64,000 bases of DNA from Scenedesmus sp. PABB004. Taxonomy: Eukaryota. Of this stretch, positions 33,899-45,440 are shown one piece after another. The stretch lies in NCBI GenBank assembly GCA_014905635.1, contig JABVCE010000037.1, forward strand, positions 1-64,000, read 5' to 3'. The stretch's first letter is position 1, and each line of letters starts with the position of its first letter. The notes under the pieces are model-generated. The model saw only the letters and a list, made by a program, of their open reading frames with translations, was not told the DNA's origin and searched no databases. Both the position numbers and the translations under genes were made by a program.

Positions 33899-36468
33899 TC
33901 ACATGAAGGCCATCGCCTGCGTCGCCGCGCGCGCGGCCTGGCCGCGCGGCACGGGCGCGTCGTCGTTGCCGCCGCCGCCGGCCTCGCCGTTGACGCTGCC
34001 AAACTTGAGGAACAACTGGATCTGCGCGTGTGCATGTGTGTGTGTGTGTGTGTGTTTGGGGGGGGGGGCAGCGAGGGCGCGCGAGGGCGTGAGGAGCGTC
34101 CGCGCGGCGGCGGCGGGGGCGGGGCTCGCGGCGGCTGCCGCGCAGAGGCCCGCCGCCGCCGGCGCGGCGGGGCGCACCCGGTCCAGGCAGCCCTTGCCGA
34201 TGCCGGGCAGCTTGCCGACCTCCTTCAGGTTTTCCTCGTCGACGGGCTTCAGGAATGACGTCAGCGCCTGCGCGCGCGAGCGCCGACACGGCGCGGGCGC
34301 GGGCACGTGAGCGCGCGAGCGCGCGAGCGCCGCGCCGCGCGCCCGCGGCCGCGGCCTTGGCCGGCGGGCCGGCGGGCTGGCCTGCCCGCACGGGGCGCGC
34401 GGGGCGGTGCCACCTTGATCGCCTTCTTGAAGGCCGCGCCCTTGAAGGCGTTGCCGCCAGAGAACTCGGCGCGCGCCAGCTCCTCAAACTGGGCGATCAG
34501 CTCCGCGTTGACGTGCTCGCCCTGACCCGACGCGGGGGCGGACGCGGGAGCGGACGCGGCGGCCTCGCGCCCCCGCGGCCGGCGCGAGGCGCGCGCGCGC
34601 ACAGCGGCGCGGGCCAGGGCTGCGCGCGGCGCCGCGCCTGGCTGAGCGACTCCTTGCCCTGGCTGAGCGCGGCGTCGTCAAAGTCCTCCTTGCCCTCGCG
34701 CGGCCTGGCGGGGGGCGGCGCGGGGGGTTGAGGGATGAGGGGGAGGGAGGGGAGCCGCTTCTGAGCTCAATCAGGCCAAGAGCTGCGAGCCAAGGCCCTG
34801 AGCTGCGCCCACGCGCCGCGCGCACCCGAGCAGGTCGCCGGGCCGCTTGAACGCGATGCCCACCGCGCGCGCAAACTCCCTGCGCGCCGCCACGCGGCGG
34901 CCGCGGCGGCACGTGGGCGGGCGCGCGCCCGCAGCGGCGCCCCCGCGCCGCGCCCCGCGCCCCCTGCGCCGCGCGCCGCGCGCACAGGTCGCTGTCGCTG
35001 TGCGCCTCGGGGCTGCCGTCGGCGTCGCCCACGAAGAACGACTCGTCCGTGTCTGGGCGGCGCGCGGGCGGCGGGGCGACGGGGCGACGGCGGCGGTCGG
35101 CGGCGGCCGGGCGGCGCCGTGCTCGCCGGCCGCTGCGCGCGCTGTGCGCGCTGCCCCGCGCCGCCAGACGCGCTGCCGCGTGCGCTGCCGCGGCGTCCCT
35201 GCTGCTCACCGGGGTGCAGGCCGCCGTTCATGTTCTCCACCATGAACGCCCACATGCCGGGCGCGGGCTTGCGGTAGAGGTCGCCCGGCGCCATGCTGGG
35301 CGCAATGAACGCCTGCACCGCCACGCCCACCCCGCGCAGCGCCGACGCCACGGCGTCGATGCGGCCCTTGCAGTTGTTCGCGGCCTTGCCGTCCAGCTTG
35401 GACTTGATGCCGCCCTGGTTGCTGCGCGCCGGCGGCGGCCGCGCGCGGGCGGCGGGCGGCCGGCCGCGCGCGTCGGCGCCGCCCCGCCACGCGCGCGCCC
35501 GCCGCCCCCGCGCGCCTCCCTCTCCCCCCTCCCCTCCCTCCTCCCCCTCCCCCTCCCTCCCTCCCTCCCTCCCTCCCTCCCTCCCCTCCCTCTCGTCCTC
35601 TACGGGTTGCCCAGGGCCGCCCCGCGCGGGCGGGCTGCGCGGGTCGGGGCTCACGTGAAGATGACCACCTTGTACCCGTCCGCGACGAGCGCCGACAGCG
35701 CGGCGGGCGTCTTGGTGCGGTGCCAGAACCGCCAGTCGCCTGCGTCGCGCGCAAAGCGGTTGTTCGTGCGCGTGTTGACGAGCGTGCCGTCCTGCGCGGC
35801 GCGCGCGCGGCGCAGCGCGGGTGGGCGGGGGGCGCGGCCGGCGCCACGGCCGCAGCAGCAGCAGCGGCGGCGGCGGCGCGGGCGGCGGCGCACGCGTGCG
35901 CGCGCGGCGCACCAGGTCAAAGGCCGCGATCTTGGTGGACGGCGTGGAGCCGTAGTCCCTGCGGCGGCGGCGTGCGCGCGCGCGCGCGGGCGGTGGCGGC
36001 GGCGCGTGGGCAGCGGCGGCGTGCGCGCTGCGCACTGCGGGCGGCGCGCGCGCGGCGCGCGCACTTCCAGATCAGGTTGGCGCCGTTGTCGTGCCAGGCG
36101 CCCGGCGTGGTGGTGAGCGCGGGCGCGACCTTCTTGGGCGTGCGCTTGGGGCTCTTGGCGGGCGTGCCCGCCTCGGGGCTCTTTGGGCTCTTGGGGCTCT
36201 TGGGGCTCTTGGCCGGCTTGGCGGCCTGCCTGCCCTTGGCCGTCTTCTTGGCCTTGCGGGGCTGCTCGTCCTCGGACTCGTCCTCCACCTCGTCGTCGCT
36301 GAAGTCGCTGCCCTCGTAAAAGGCGGTGTGCTGCGGCGGCGCCTTGCGCACCCGGCCCGACTTGCGGGCGCCCGCGGCCGGCTTGACGTGCTCCTCCACG
36401 GCGTAGTCGCTGTCGCTGCCCGCCTCCGCCTCGTCCTCCGACTCCACCTTGACCTTCCGCTTCCCCAT
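33899..36468 (-). CDS. PNKP-type DNA 3'-phosphatase without a kinase domain, fused to a C-terminal Pol-beta-like 8-kDa helix-hairpin-helix domain
   Basis: KIAAFDL|DGTL, DWRFW, VVIFT|NQGG, YRKPAPGMW, SFFVGDADG, HSDSD|EFA. C-terminus NAELIAQFEELARAE...FKGAAFKKAIK|AL...KLPGIGKGCLDR|IQLFLKFG. Confidence 0.9.
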
Positions 36469-36845
36469 GGCGCTGGCGCCGCCGCTGGGGGGCCTCCGCC
36501 GACCGCTGGCGCCGGCGCTGGTGTTGCTGTGAGCACCGCTGGGGCGCCTGGAGCGCGAGCGTGGAGGCGGGGAACGGCGAAGCGCGTCGACCGGGGCGGC
36601 GGGAGTGGCGGCCGTGCCATCGCGCCCGCGCATGGGGCGGCGGCGTGCTCCGTCGTAGCGGCGCGCTTCTGCTGTCGCTGGTTCGCGCCCGCCACGGCCA
36701 AAGCCCCGTGGCACGCTGCGCGGTCACGAAACCCCTCACCGCCACAGCGCACCGCTCGCGAGCCGCAGCGACGGGGGCAGCAGGCCCGGGCGCCGCGCCC
36801 GCCGCCGTGCCTTGCGCGGTGCGGCGCAGCGGACTTGAGCTGACC

Positions 36846-38364
36846 ATGCTGCTATCGCGTGGCGCGCCGCTGGGGCCGGCGCGGCAGCGGCGGAGCACTG
36901 CCGCACACGCGGCGCGCAAGGTGGGCCACAGAGCGCTGCTGCCGCCAGCTGCCGCGCCGGCGCCTGCCCCGGCCTCGCCGCCCCACCAGCGCCCAGCGCG
37001 CTGCCGCTCACGGACCGACTCCCGCGCGCCGCCGCCCAACAACGCAGCAGCGGGCGCCGGCGGACGCGGCCGCGGGCACGCCGCCGCCGCCGCCGCCACC
37101 GCCCACGGTCGCGTCGCCGCCGGCGCCGGCGCGCCGGGCCAAGGAGCGCAGCGCCTACCGGCGACGGCGGCGGACCAGTGAGGAGCGCGAGGCGGACGCG
37201 GCGGCGGACGCCGCAGAGGCGGCCGCGGCGCGCGCGGGGAGCACCGCGTGGCTCGCCCCGGATGCGCTCGTGGCGCGCGCCGCGGCGGCCGCGCAGCAGC
37301 AGCAGCAGCAGCATCAGCGGCTGCAGCAGCAGCGGCTGCAGGCGGGGCCAGGGGGCGAGGCGGTGGTGGTGGTGGACGGCTACAACTTCCTCCACGCCCA
37401 CGGCAGCACCGCCCAGCTCATGGTGGCCGGCCGCGTCGACGAGGCGCGCGCGCTGCTGCACCAGCTGCTCAAGGCCCGCGGCCCCGCCGCGCCGCGCGTG
37501 GTGGTCGTGTACGACGCGACGACGCTGCGCGCGCGCGGGCCGGCGGCGGGGCGGCGCGTCGTGAGCGTGTCACCGGCCGTGCGCGCCGTGTTTGAGGCGG
37601 GGCGCGAGGCCGACTCGGTCATCATCGACAACCTCGGCCGCCTGCAGGCCGAGGCCGCCGCGGCGTCGGCGGCGGGCGGCGGCGGCGCGCGCACGCGCGT
37701 GACCGTGGTCACCAACGACCGGCGCATCGTCGACGCGGTCAACGCGCCCGGCCTCGCCGACGCGGCCGGCCCCGCCGCGCTCGCCGTGTTCTGCCAGGGC
37801 ACGCGCCAGCTCTCCGCCGAGCTCGTGGCGCTCGAGAACCACCTCGCCGGCGCGGCGGCGGGGCGGCGCCTCGACGGCGCAGCCGCTGCGGCAGCGGCGG
37901 CGGCCGCCGCGGCGGCGGCTGCGGCGGCACGGCCGAGCCTGCAGGACGACCCGGCGCGCTGGGCGCAGGGCCTGCTGGCGCGCGCGGCGGCGGCGGCCTC
38001 CGCGCGCGAGGCGCAGCGGCAGCCGCGGCGGCACGAGCAGCAGCAGCAGCAGCAGCGGCCGGCGGGCTTTGACCCCGGGCTGTCGGACGAGGAGCTGCTG
38101 CAGCGCTCCGCTGCGGCGCTCGCTGCCGCGGGCGGGCTCGACAGCTCGGACGCAGGCAGCGAGGCACTGCCTGTTGCAGCGCCGGCTGCGCCGTGGCCGC
38201 CGCCCGGCGACGGCAGCGGCGGCGGCGGCGGCAGCAGCGGCGGCAGCAGCGTCGGCAGCAGCGGCAGCAGCAGCCCCGCGCGCGCCGCGCCGCCTGCCGC
38301 CACGTCGCGGCACCTTGACGACTTGCTGGCCACTGATTTGTCGGCGCTGCTGGGTGAGGAGTGA
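36846..38364 (+). CDS. YacP/Rae1-like NYN-domain ribonuclease, probably organelle-targeted (2 exons)
   Basis: VVVDGYN, VVVVYDA, EADSVI, VVTNDRRI. Intron 36921-37047 joins an Arg/Ala-rich leader in frame. Confidence 0.85.
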
Positions 38365-38557
38365 GGAGTGAGATTAGGAGAGAAAGGGGGGAGGGATTCC
38401 TGGGCCTTGCTGCGCTCCTGCGACACGGAGTGCAGCGCCGCGTGTGACTGACGGTCGCAGGATCGAGGCCGCCGCTTACAGCCGCAGCCTGCGCGCCGCG
38501 CACTCGGTGCGCAGCGCCAGGATGTGCCCTCCCCCCGCCAGGCAGCTGCTGCCACGC

Positions 38558-41500
38558 TCACTGCCTGCCGCGGCCACGCCCCCGCCCGCCGCCCCGCCGC
38601 GGCCGCCGCCGCGGCCGCCCCGCGGCCCCTGCCGCCGCCCCTGCCGCGGCCGCCGCCCCGGCCGCCGCCCCGGCCGCCGCCGCGCCCGCCGCGCCCGCCC
38701 GGCCGCCGCCGCCCTCGCCGCGCTTGGCCGCCGCCGTGCGCTGCAGCGCCGCCTGCGGCGCGTCAGCGGCGCGGCATGGCGTCAGCAAGGTGCGGGCGCG
38801 CGCGGCGCCGCGCCCGCTGCCGCAGCGTGCGCCGCAGCTCGCGTCGCAGTGTGCGCCGCAGCGTGCGCCGCCTGGCGGTGCGGGCCGCACCCGCTTGTAG
38901 TAATCTGCCTCTGCCTCGCCCTCCACCGCGCTGAGCGCCGCGGCGACGCCCGCGACGAGCTTGGCCTCGCCCGCCGCGGCGGCGGTCGCAAACGCCTCGA
39001 GCGTCGCCGCCGCGTCGGCGGGCTGCCGGAAGCGCAGCATGAACTGCCGCGGCACGCGCAGGGGGCGGGGGTGGGGGCGGGGTGAGGCGCGCGGGCGCGC
39101 GTGCGCGAGCCGCGCCGCGCAGGCGGGGCCTCCGGCGTGCGCGCCCTCCCTCCCTCGCACCTCGAGCGACTGCTGCTGCTCAGCCGGCTGCTGCTGCTGC
39201 TGCTGCTGCCCCTCGCCTGCCTGCGTCTCGCCGCCCTCCTGCTGCTGCTCGCCGCCGTCCTGCTGCTGCTCGCCGTCGCCCGCGTCCGGCAGCTCCTCGC
39301 CGTCGGCGCCGTCCGCGCCGTCGGCGCCGTCCTCGCCGTCCGCCGCCCCGCCCACCGCGGCGCCTGGCGCCGCCTGGCGCTCCACAAAGCGCAGCTTGTC
39401 GGCCCCGATCGCCTCCTTGATCATCTTGGTCAGGCGGAACGGGTCGGCCTCGCCCGGCGGCCCGCCCAGCACGAGGCGCAGGATGCAGCCTGCGCGCGTG
39501 GCGGCGTGGCGGCGGCGGCGGCGTGGGCGGCGCCCGCCAAGGAGCGGCGCGCGCCGCCGCCGGCGCCGCCGTCGCCGCAGCTCTGCCTCCGCGCCCTGCT
39601 CGCCCCTGCTCGCCCCTGCCACGCACCTGGCTCGTACTGGTCCACCTCGGGCTCCGCCGCCGCCGGCGCTGCCTCGGGCATCGACGCGTCGTCGCCGCCG
39701 CCGCCCTGCTGCTCCTCGGCGCCGCCCTCGGGCTGCTTGCGCTTGCGGCCCGCCGCGGGCGCCGGCGCATCGGCGGCGCCCGCGTCGGCGGCGGTGCCGG
39801 CCTCGCCCGGCGGCGGCAGCACCACGCCCGCGTTGACCGCCGCCAGCGCCGGCAGCTCCACGTCGCTGTCCATCTCCTCCAGCATCGCCAGCGTCAGCGG
39901 CTGCACCGCGAGGCAGCGCGGCGCGGGCGCGCGGGGCGCGCGCGCGTCGGCGGTGCAGCACGCGCGGGCGCGTCGGTCACCGCACGCGGCGGGGCGGCGC
40001 GGGCGGCCGCACCTCGCCGCCGGTCGCGCCCTTGGCCTTGCGCTCCTGGATCTTGCGCGCCAGGTAGGCCGTCTTTGGCTCCATGCGCAGCGGCGCGCCC
40101 TCAAACACCAGCCCCAGGCCCGCGATCTGCGCGGCGGGCGCGGCGGGTCAGCAGGGGCCGCGGCGCTGCGCGCGGCGCGGCGCGCGGCGCGGCGCGGCGC
40201 GGCGCGGCGCGGCGCGGCGCGGCGCTCACGCGTCGGGCCTCGTCGACGGAGGACGCCTCCACAAACACGCTGCCCTTGAAGTCGCGCGAGCGCGCGTGGC
40301 GGCGCAGGCGCACGCAGTTGAGCGCCGCGCCAGAGGCCTCGAAGAAGCCCACGATCGCGTCGAGGCTGGCCGCCATGGGGAAGGGCCGCACGTACAGGCT
40401 GCGCGCGTCGACCGCGCGCGCCGCGTCGCGCGCGCTCGGCGGCGCCGTCACGCGCCGGACCTGCGCAGCGGGCGGCGGCGCGCGCGCGGGCGCGTGGGCG
40501 GTCCGCGCGGCGCAGCGGCCGCGCGGCGCGGCGGCCGTGCGGCGCGGCGCGGCGCGGCGCGGCGGCGGCGCGCGCGGGCGCGGCGCGCGGTCCCGGCGGG
40601 GCGTGCCTGGAAGCCGGTCTCGCTGACCGCGAGCGCGGCGCTGCCGCGCAGCGCGTCGGCGACCGCCGCCACGATCTCGTCCGGCACGTCCTCCGGCCGC
40701 ACGCTGCCCAGCTGCGGCGCGGGGCGCGGCGCGGCGCCACGGCGGGCCGCGGCGGCGGGGCGTCGGCGGTCAGCGGCGCGGCGGCAGGGCGGCGGCGCGT
40801 GCGCGGCGGCAGCGGGAGGGACGGCGCGAGGGAGGGGCAGGGAAGGGGAGGGGTTGATGTGCCAGCGCAGTAACGGCGGCCCGGCCTCGCGTCGGGCGGT
40901 GGGCCGCCTGACTAGCCCTGGCTGCTGCTGTGGCAAAGAGACTGCCCGGCCGCGCTACGACGCGCGGCGCGCCGCGCCCGGGGGCGCGGGCGCCGCGCGG
41001 CGCGGCCAGGTAATTGTCTTTGCGTCGCGCCGCCGCCGCGCCCGGGCAGCGGCACTGCCTAAACCCGCGCGGCGGCGCACCTTGAGCAGGTCCCGCATGC
41101 GCGCGAACGACACGACCAGCGACAGGTCGACATCTGCGCCGCGCGGGCGGGCGCGGCAGCGGGTCGGCGGCGCACGCAGCGCGGCGTGCCGGCGGCGGCC
41201 GCCGCCGCTGGTGCCGGCGGGGCGCCCTGCAGCAGCCCTCGGCACTCACAGCCCTCGGGGTGGGCGTCCACCTGGCCCTTGAGGAACTTGTCCTTGGGCA
41301 GGTTGCTGTCGCTGAAGTAAAACTCCACCTGCGGCGCCCAGGTGGCCACGGCGTCGCGTGGTGGGTGCGCGAGCGCCCTGGGCGCCCGTGCGCGGCGCCA
41401 GGGGCGCCGAGCGCGCCGGGCGGCGCCCGCCAGCCGGCGCCCGCCAGCCCGCGGCGGCACGCGGTCGACGCGCGACGGCAGGCGGCGTGATCGATCGGCA

Positions 41501-41700
41501 GTCACGCGACCGGGACGATCAGCGCGGCCGCAGCGCTGCGCGCTGCTCAGTGGCGCCGCAGCGGCCGGGCGCCCGCCGCGATGGCCGCGCCTGGCGCGCG
41601 CGGGCGCCCTGCTGGCGCGGCGCCGCGCCGTGCGTGACCCGGCCGTTGCGCGCACCTGCTTGACCAGCTTGGCCTTGGTCGCGTCGTCGAGTTCGACCAT
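38558..41700 (-). CDS. La: La autoantigen-like protein (La motif, RRM1, RRM2, RG-rich tail)
   Basis: KQ|VEFYFSDSNLPKDKFL, VSFARMR, RSLYVRPFP, FKGSVFVE, EGEAEADYYKR. Confidence 0.92.
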
Positions 41701-41942
41701 CCTGCCTCCCTGCTGCTGCTGCGGCTGCTGCCCCGCGGCCGCGCGGCGGCTGGGCGTGAGGTCGCTGCGGTGGCGGGGCTGTGGACTGTCGGCAGACGCC
41801 ACTGGCGGGAGCAGCCGCACGCAGCGCGCGCGCGGGGAGGCGAGCGGGCGGCGCGCCAGCGCTTTTGCACACCCACGCCGCCGCGGCGGGTCCGCGCGCG
41901 CGCGCCGCCGCTCGGCAGCCGCCGCCCACGAGCCTCCGCGGA

Positions 41943-43820
41943 TCAGAGGCCGGCGCCGCCTGCCTGCGCCTGCGCCTGCCGCTGCGCCGCTTCCAAGTCG
42001 TCGCGCGGGACGAGGGCGAGGAAGTCGGCCAGCCGGCCGCGCGCCGCCTTGAGCGCGGCGCCGCTAAACTTGACAAACTCGGCGCTCTCCGCGCCGCTCA
42101 CCTGCACAACGCGCGGACGCGACGCGGCGCGCAGCGGCCGGCCAGCGGGGCGTGCGGCGGTCAGCGGCCGGCCCGCGCCGCCGCACAGGCGCGCTGCGCG
42201 CTGCGCGCCTGAGCGCCCTGCGCTCCCCTCCGCCCCTCCGCCCCCAGCCGCCCCCCTCTCGTGCCGCACCGCGCGCGTGGGCATGGCGTCGAAGTATGCG
42301 TTGTAGTCCATGGCCCCCAGGTACTCCAGGAACTCGCCCGCCAGCGCCTCGCCGCGCGGCGCGACGTCGCCCGGCAGCAGCGCGACGGTGTCGTACAGGG
42401 CGGCCTCTGGGGAGGGGGGGGGGGGGCGTGTGCGTGTGTGTGTGTGGGGGGGGGGGCAGGGGGAGAGGACGGGAGCGAGGCGCTGAGCGGGCGAGGCGCG
42501 GGCGAGCGGGCCGGCGGCGCGCAGTGTGCGGCGCCGCACCCGCGCTCGTGGGCGGGCCGCGGATGCGCGGCAGGATGATGCGCAGGCTGTCCCAGTTGGC
42601 GTCCTCAATCAGCGCCGTGCACTCCTCCAGCTGGGCCTGCGCGGCGCGGCGCGGCGCGGTGCGCGCTCGCGCCAGCGCGCCAGCGCGCCGCCGCCCCCGT
42701 CGCCCCCGTCGCCCGGCCCGCCCGGCCACGCCGCGCCTCACCCGCCCGCCCACCCGCAACCCCCACACCAGCCCGCCCACCCACCCGCCCACCCGCCCAC
42801 CCCCCCCCCCCCACACCTGCGCCTGCAGGAGCTGCGTGACGTAGAAGAAGAGCGGCTTGGCCGGCCGCCCCCGCAGCGCGCGCGTGGGCACGAGCGCAAA
42901 CGCCGCGAGCCCCGCCGCCGCGGCGCCGCCGAGCGCGAGGCGGCGCCCGATCGCGGCCTGCGCGTCGGCGCTGGGCCCCGAGGTCTCGGCCGCCTCGCTC
43001 ACGCCGCCGCCTGCCGCGCGGCGCCGGGCGGCGGGGGGCGCCTCGGGTCAGGCTCGGGTCGGCGCGCCGCCGCCGCGCGAGCGCGCGCGGGCCGCCGTGA
43101 TGGCACCAGCACAGACAGGCACCGCCGCCGCGCACCCGTGAAAAAGTCCACGTCTGCCTCGCTCAGCCACGCGCTGCGCTTGCCCGTGCCTGGCGCGGAT
43201 GGGACGGCGTCGGCGGCTGCGGGCGGGCGGCACGCAGCCGCGCTGCGCTGCCGCGCCCCCGCCGGGCGGGCGCGGCGGCGGCCGTGCGCTCACCCCAGAG
43301 CGTCTCCCGGTTGTCCGTGCTGTCGATGCGGCGCGGCTTTGACTCGACCTCGTCACGCCCGACCGCCTGCGCGGCACGGCGCGGCGCGTCGCGGCGCGGG
43401 CCCCTCGGCCGCGCGCACGCCCGCGGTCCCACCGCCGCCAAGTGCGCTGCTCGCCTGCCGCCCGCTGCCCCGCGGCGCGCGCGCACCCGCGCGTCCTGCA
43501 TCGCCGCCAGCTCCTTCTTCAGCCGCGCCGCCTCCTCCTGCGCCTGCCGCAGCTGCGCGAGCATGTCCTCGTTCAGCGCCGCGCTGCGAGGGCGCGCGTC
43601 AGCGAGCGTCAGGGCGCGCCCGCCCGCGCGGGCCCGCGGGCCCGCCGCAGCAGTGCGCGGCCACGGCAGCAGCGCACCCGCCGCCGCCCGGCGCCGCCGC
43701 AGGCCCCGGCTGCTCCGGCGCGCTTGGCCGCGCCACGCTGGTGCGGCTGCGGGGCTGCCCTCCACGCCGCGCGGGCCCTGGGCCCGAAAAGGGCGCGGCG
43801 CGCCTGCGTGCGAGCAGCAT
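41943..43820 (-). CDS. Uncharacterised putative chloroplast/thylakoid protein with twin-arginine hydrophobic segment and helical C-terminal domain
   Basis: Clean GT-AG exons: MLLARRRAAPFS... transit-like leader, coiled coil, WLSEADVDFFTG, IGRRLALGGAAAAGLAAFALVP, KPLFFYVTQLL, FLEYLGAMDYNAYFD. Confidence 0.7.
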
Positions 43821-44234
43821 TGCTGCGCAACAGCAGACGGCGGCGAGTGGAGGCGGCGCTGTGCGCGGGCTGCTGCGTCGCGATGGGCGCAGGGCGTCTG
43901 CGAGACTGGCGGGCGGGCGCGACCCAGAACTGCGGCGCCGATGTTTTGTGGTGTCTGCGGCGGCGCAAGCGCTTGCACCGCCGCGCCCACCACAAGGGCC
44001 GAGCACCCTCGCCTCGCCTCCCACACCGCCTCCAGCGCTCCCAGCGCACTCAGCCCACACGCGCGACCGCTCCGCATGCACCGCGCCGGCGCGGCCGTAC
44101 GCTGTCGCTGCGCGGCGCCGCTGCCGCGCTGCCCCTGGCGCACGCCAGCGCCGCACGAGGGCGTCCGGCCACGGGACGTGCGCCTCGGTGCAGTGCCTGC
44201 GGCGTCACGGACGGCGGCCGCCGTGCCGGCAGCC

Positions 44235-45190
44235 ATGAGCGGCAGCGCGAGCGGAGACGCGCAGGCGGCTGCGCCCGCAGCGGCGGTGCCGCCGGCCGAC
44301 TGGCAGGATTACCACCAGCGCTGGTTCGGCATCTGGGAGGCGGGCCTGGTGCCGGGCGAGCTGTTTGACAAGGGCGAGTCGTCCCCGCAGCTGCTGGCGA
44401 TGCTGCGCTCGGGCGAGCTCGACGTGCGCGGGAAGCGCGTGCTCGTGCCGGGCTGCGGGTGAGCGGCAGCGTGCCGCGCGCATGGGCACGCACGCCCGCC
44501 GCGCACGGCCGCCGCCTTGGCCCGGCAGGGGCAGGCGCCGCCCGCCTCGCCTCGCCGCCAGTGCCCTCACCCGCCGCGCCGCGCGGCACAGGCGGGGCTA
44601 CGACGTGTGCGCGTTTGCCGCCGCCGGCGCGGCGTCTGCGGTCGGCCTCGACATCTGCCCCGCCGCCGTCGCGGCCGCGCGCGCGGCGGCGCCGGCGGGG
44701 CTCGCCGGCGCGCCGCCGGGCGCCGCGGGTGCGGCGCAGTTTGAGGTGGCCGACTTTTTCTCGTGGGAGCCGCCCGGCGGCGCGTTTGACGCCGGGTATG
44801 ACCTCACCTTCCTCTGCGCGCTGCGGCCGGACATGCGCCCCGCGTGGGCGGCGGGCTGGGCGCGGCTGCTGGCGCCGGGCGGGCTGCTGGTGACGGTGGT
44901 CTATCCGGTCGACGCCAGCCTCGACCCGGGGACTGGCCCGCCCTGGCCGCTCACGCCCGACCTGTATCGCGACCTGCTGCCGCCGGCGGGTGCGCCCGGG
45001 GCGCGTGCGCGCGCTCGGGCCGCCGGCCGCCGCCCTGGTCCAACGCCCGCGCCGCCGCCCCGCGCCAGGCTTTGAGCTGGTGTCGCTGGAGCCCGTGCCG
45101 GAAGAGCTCAGCCTGCCGTCGCGGCGCGGGCGCGAGTGGCTGGGGCTGTGGCGCCGCAGCGTTGCTGCCGACGCCAGCGGCGCGGCGTGA
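44235..45190 (+). CDS. SAM-dependent thiol/halide methyltransferase (TPMT/HOL family), 3 exons
   Basis: RVLVPGCG|RGYDV, GLDI, ADFF, YDLTFLCALRPDMRPAWA, GPPW, RRGREWLGLW. Confidence 0.92.
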
Positions 45191-45440
45191 GCGGCCGCCG
45201 CGTGTGGCGGGCTGGGCCGCCTGCGCAGGCGGCCGTTGCTCAGGCCGCGAGTTGCTCCTGGGGCGCCAGGGCAGAGGCCGCACAGGCCTGGCCGGCAGAG
45301 AGCCCTAGGGCTTTGGCGCCCGCCGCTCCGCGCAGCCTGCTGGCGGCGCCGTTGAGGCATGCGCGGCCACAGCGCGTCGTGTCGACTGTAATCCGTCACC
45401 GCCTCAGCCTCCACGCCCTCGCGCGACCGGCCGGGCACGG

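Noticed and set aside
38558..38705. Apparent Ala-rich and Arg-rich tail in La, suggesting programmed frameshifting
   Set aside because: Adding one G to each of three G-runs gives a continuous RGG tail ending at the same stop; homopolymer consensus errors are the simpler explanation.
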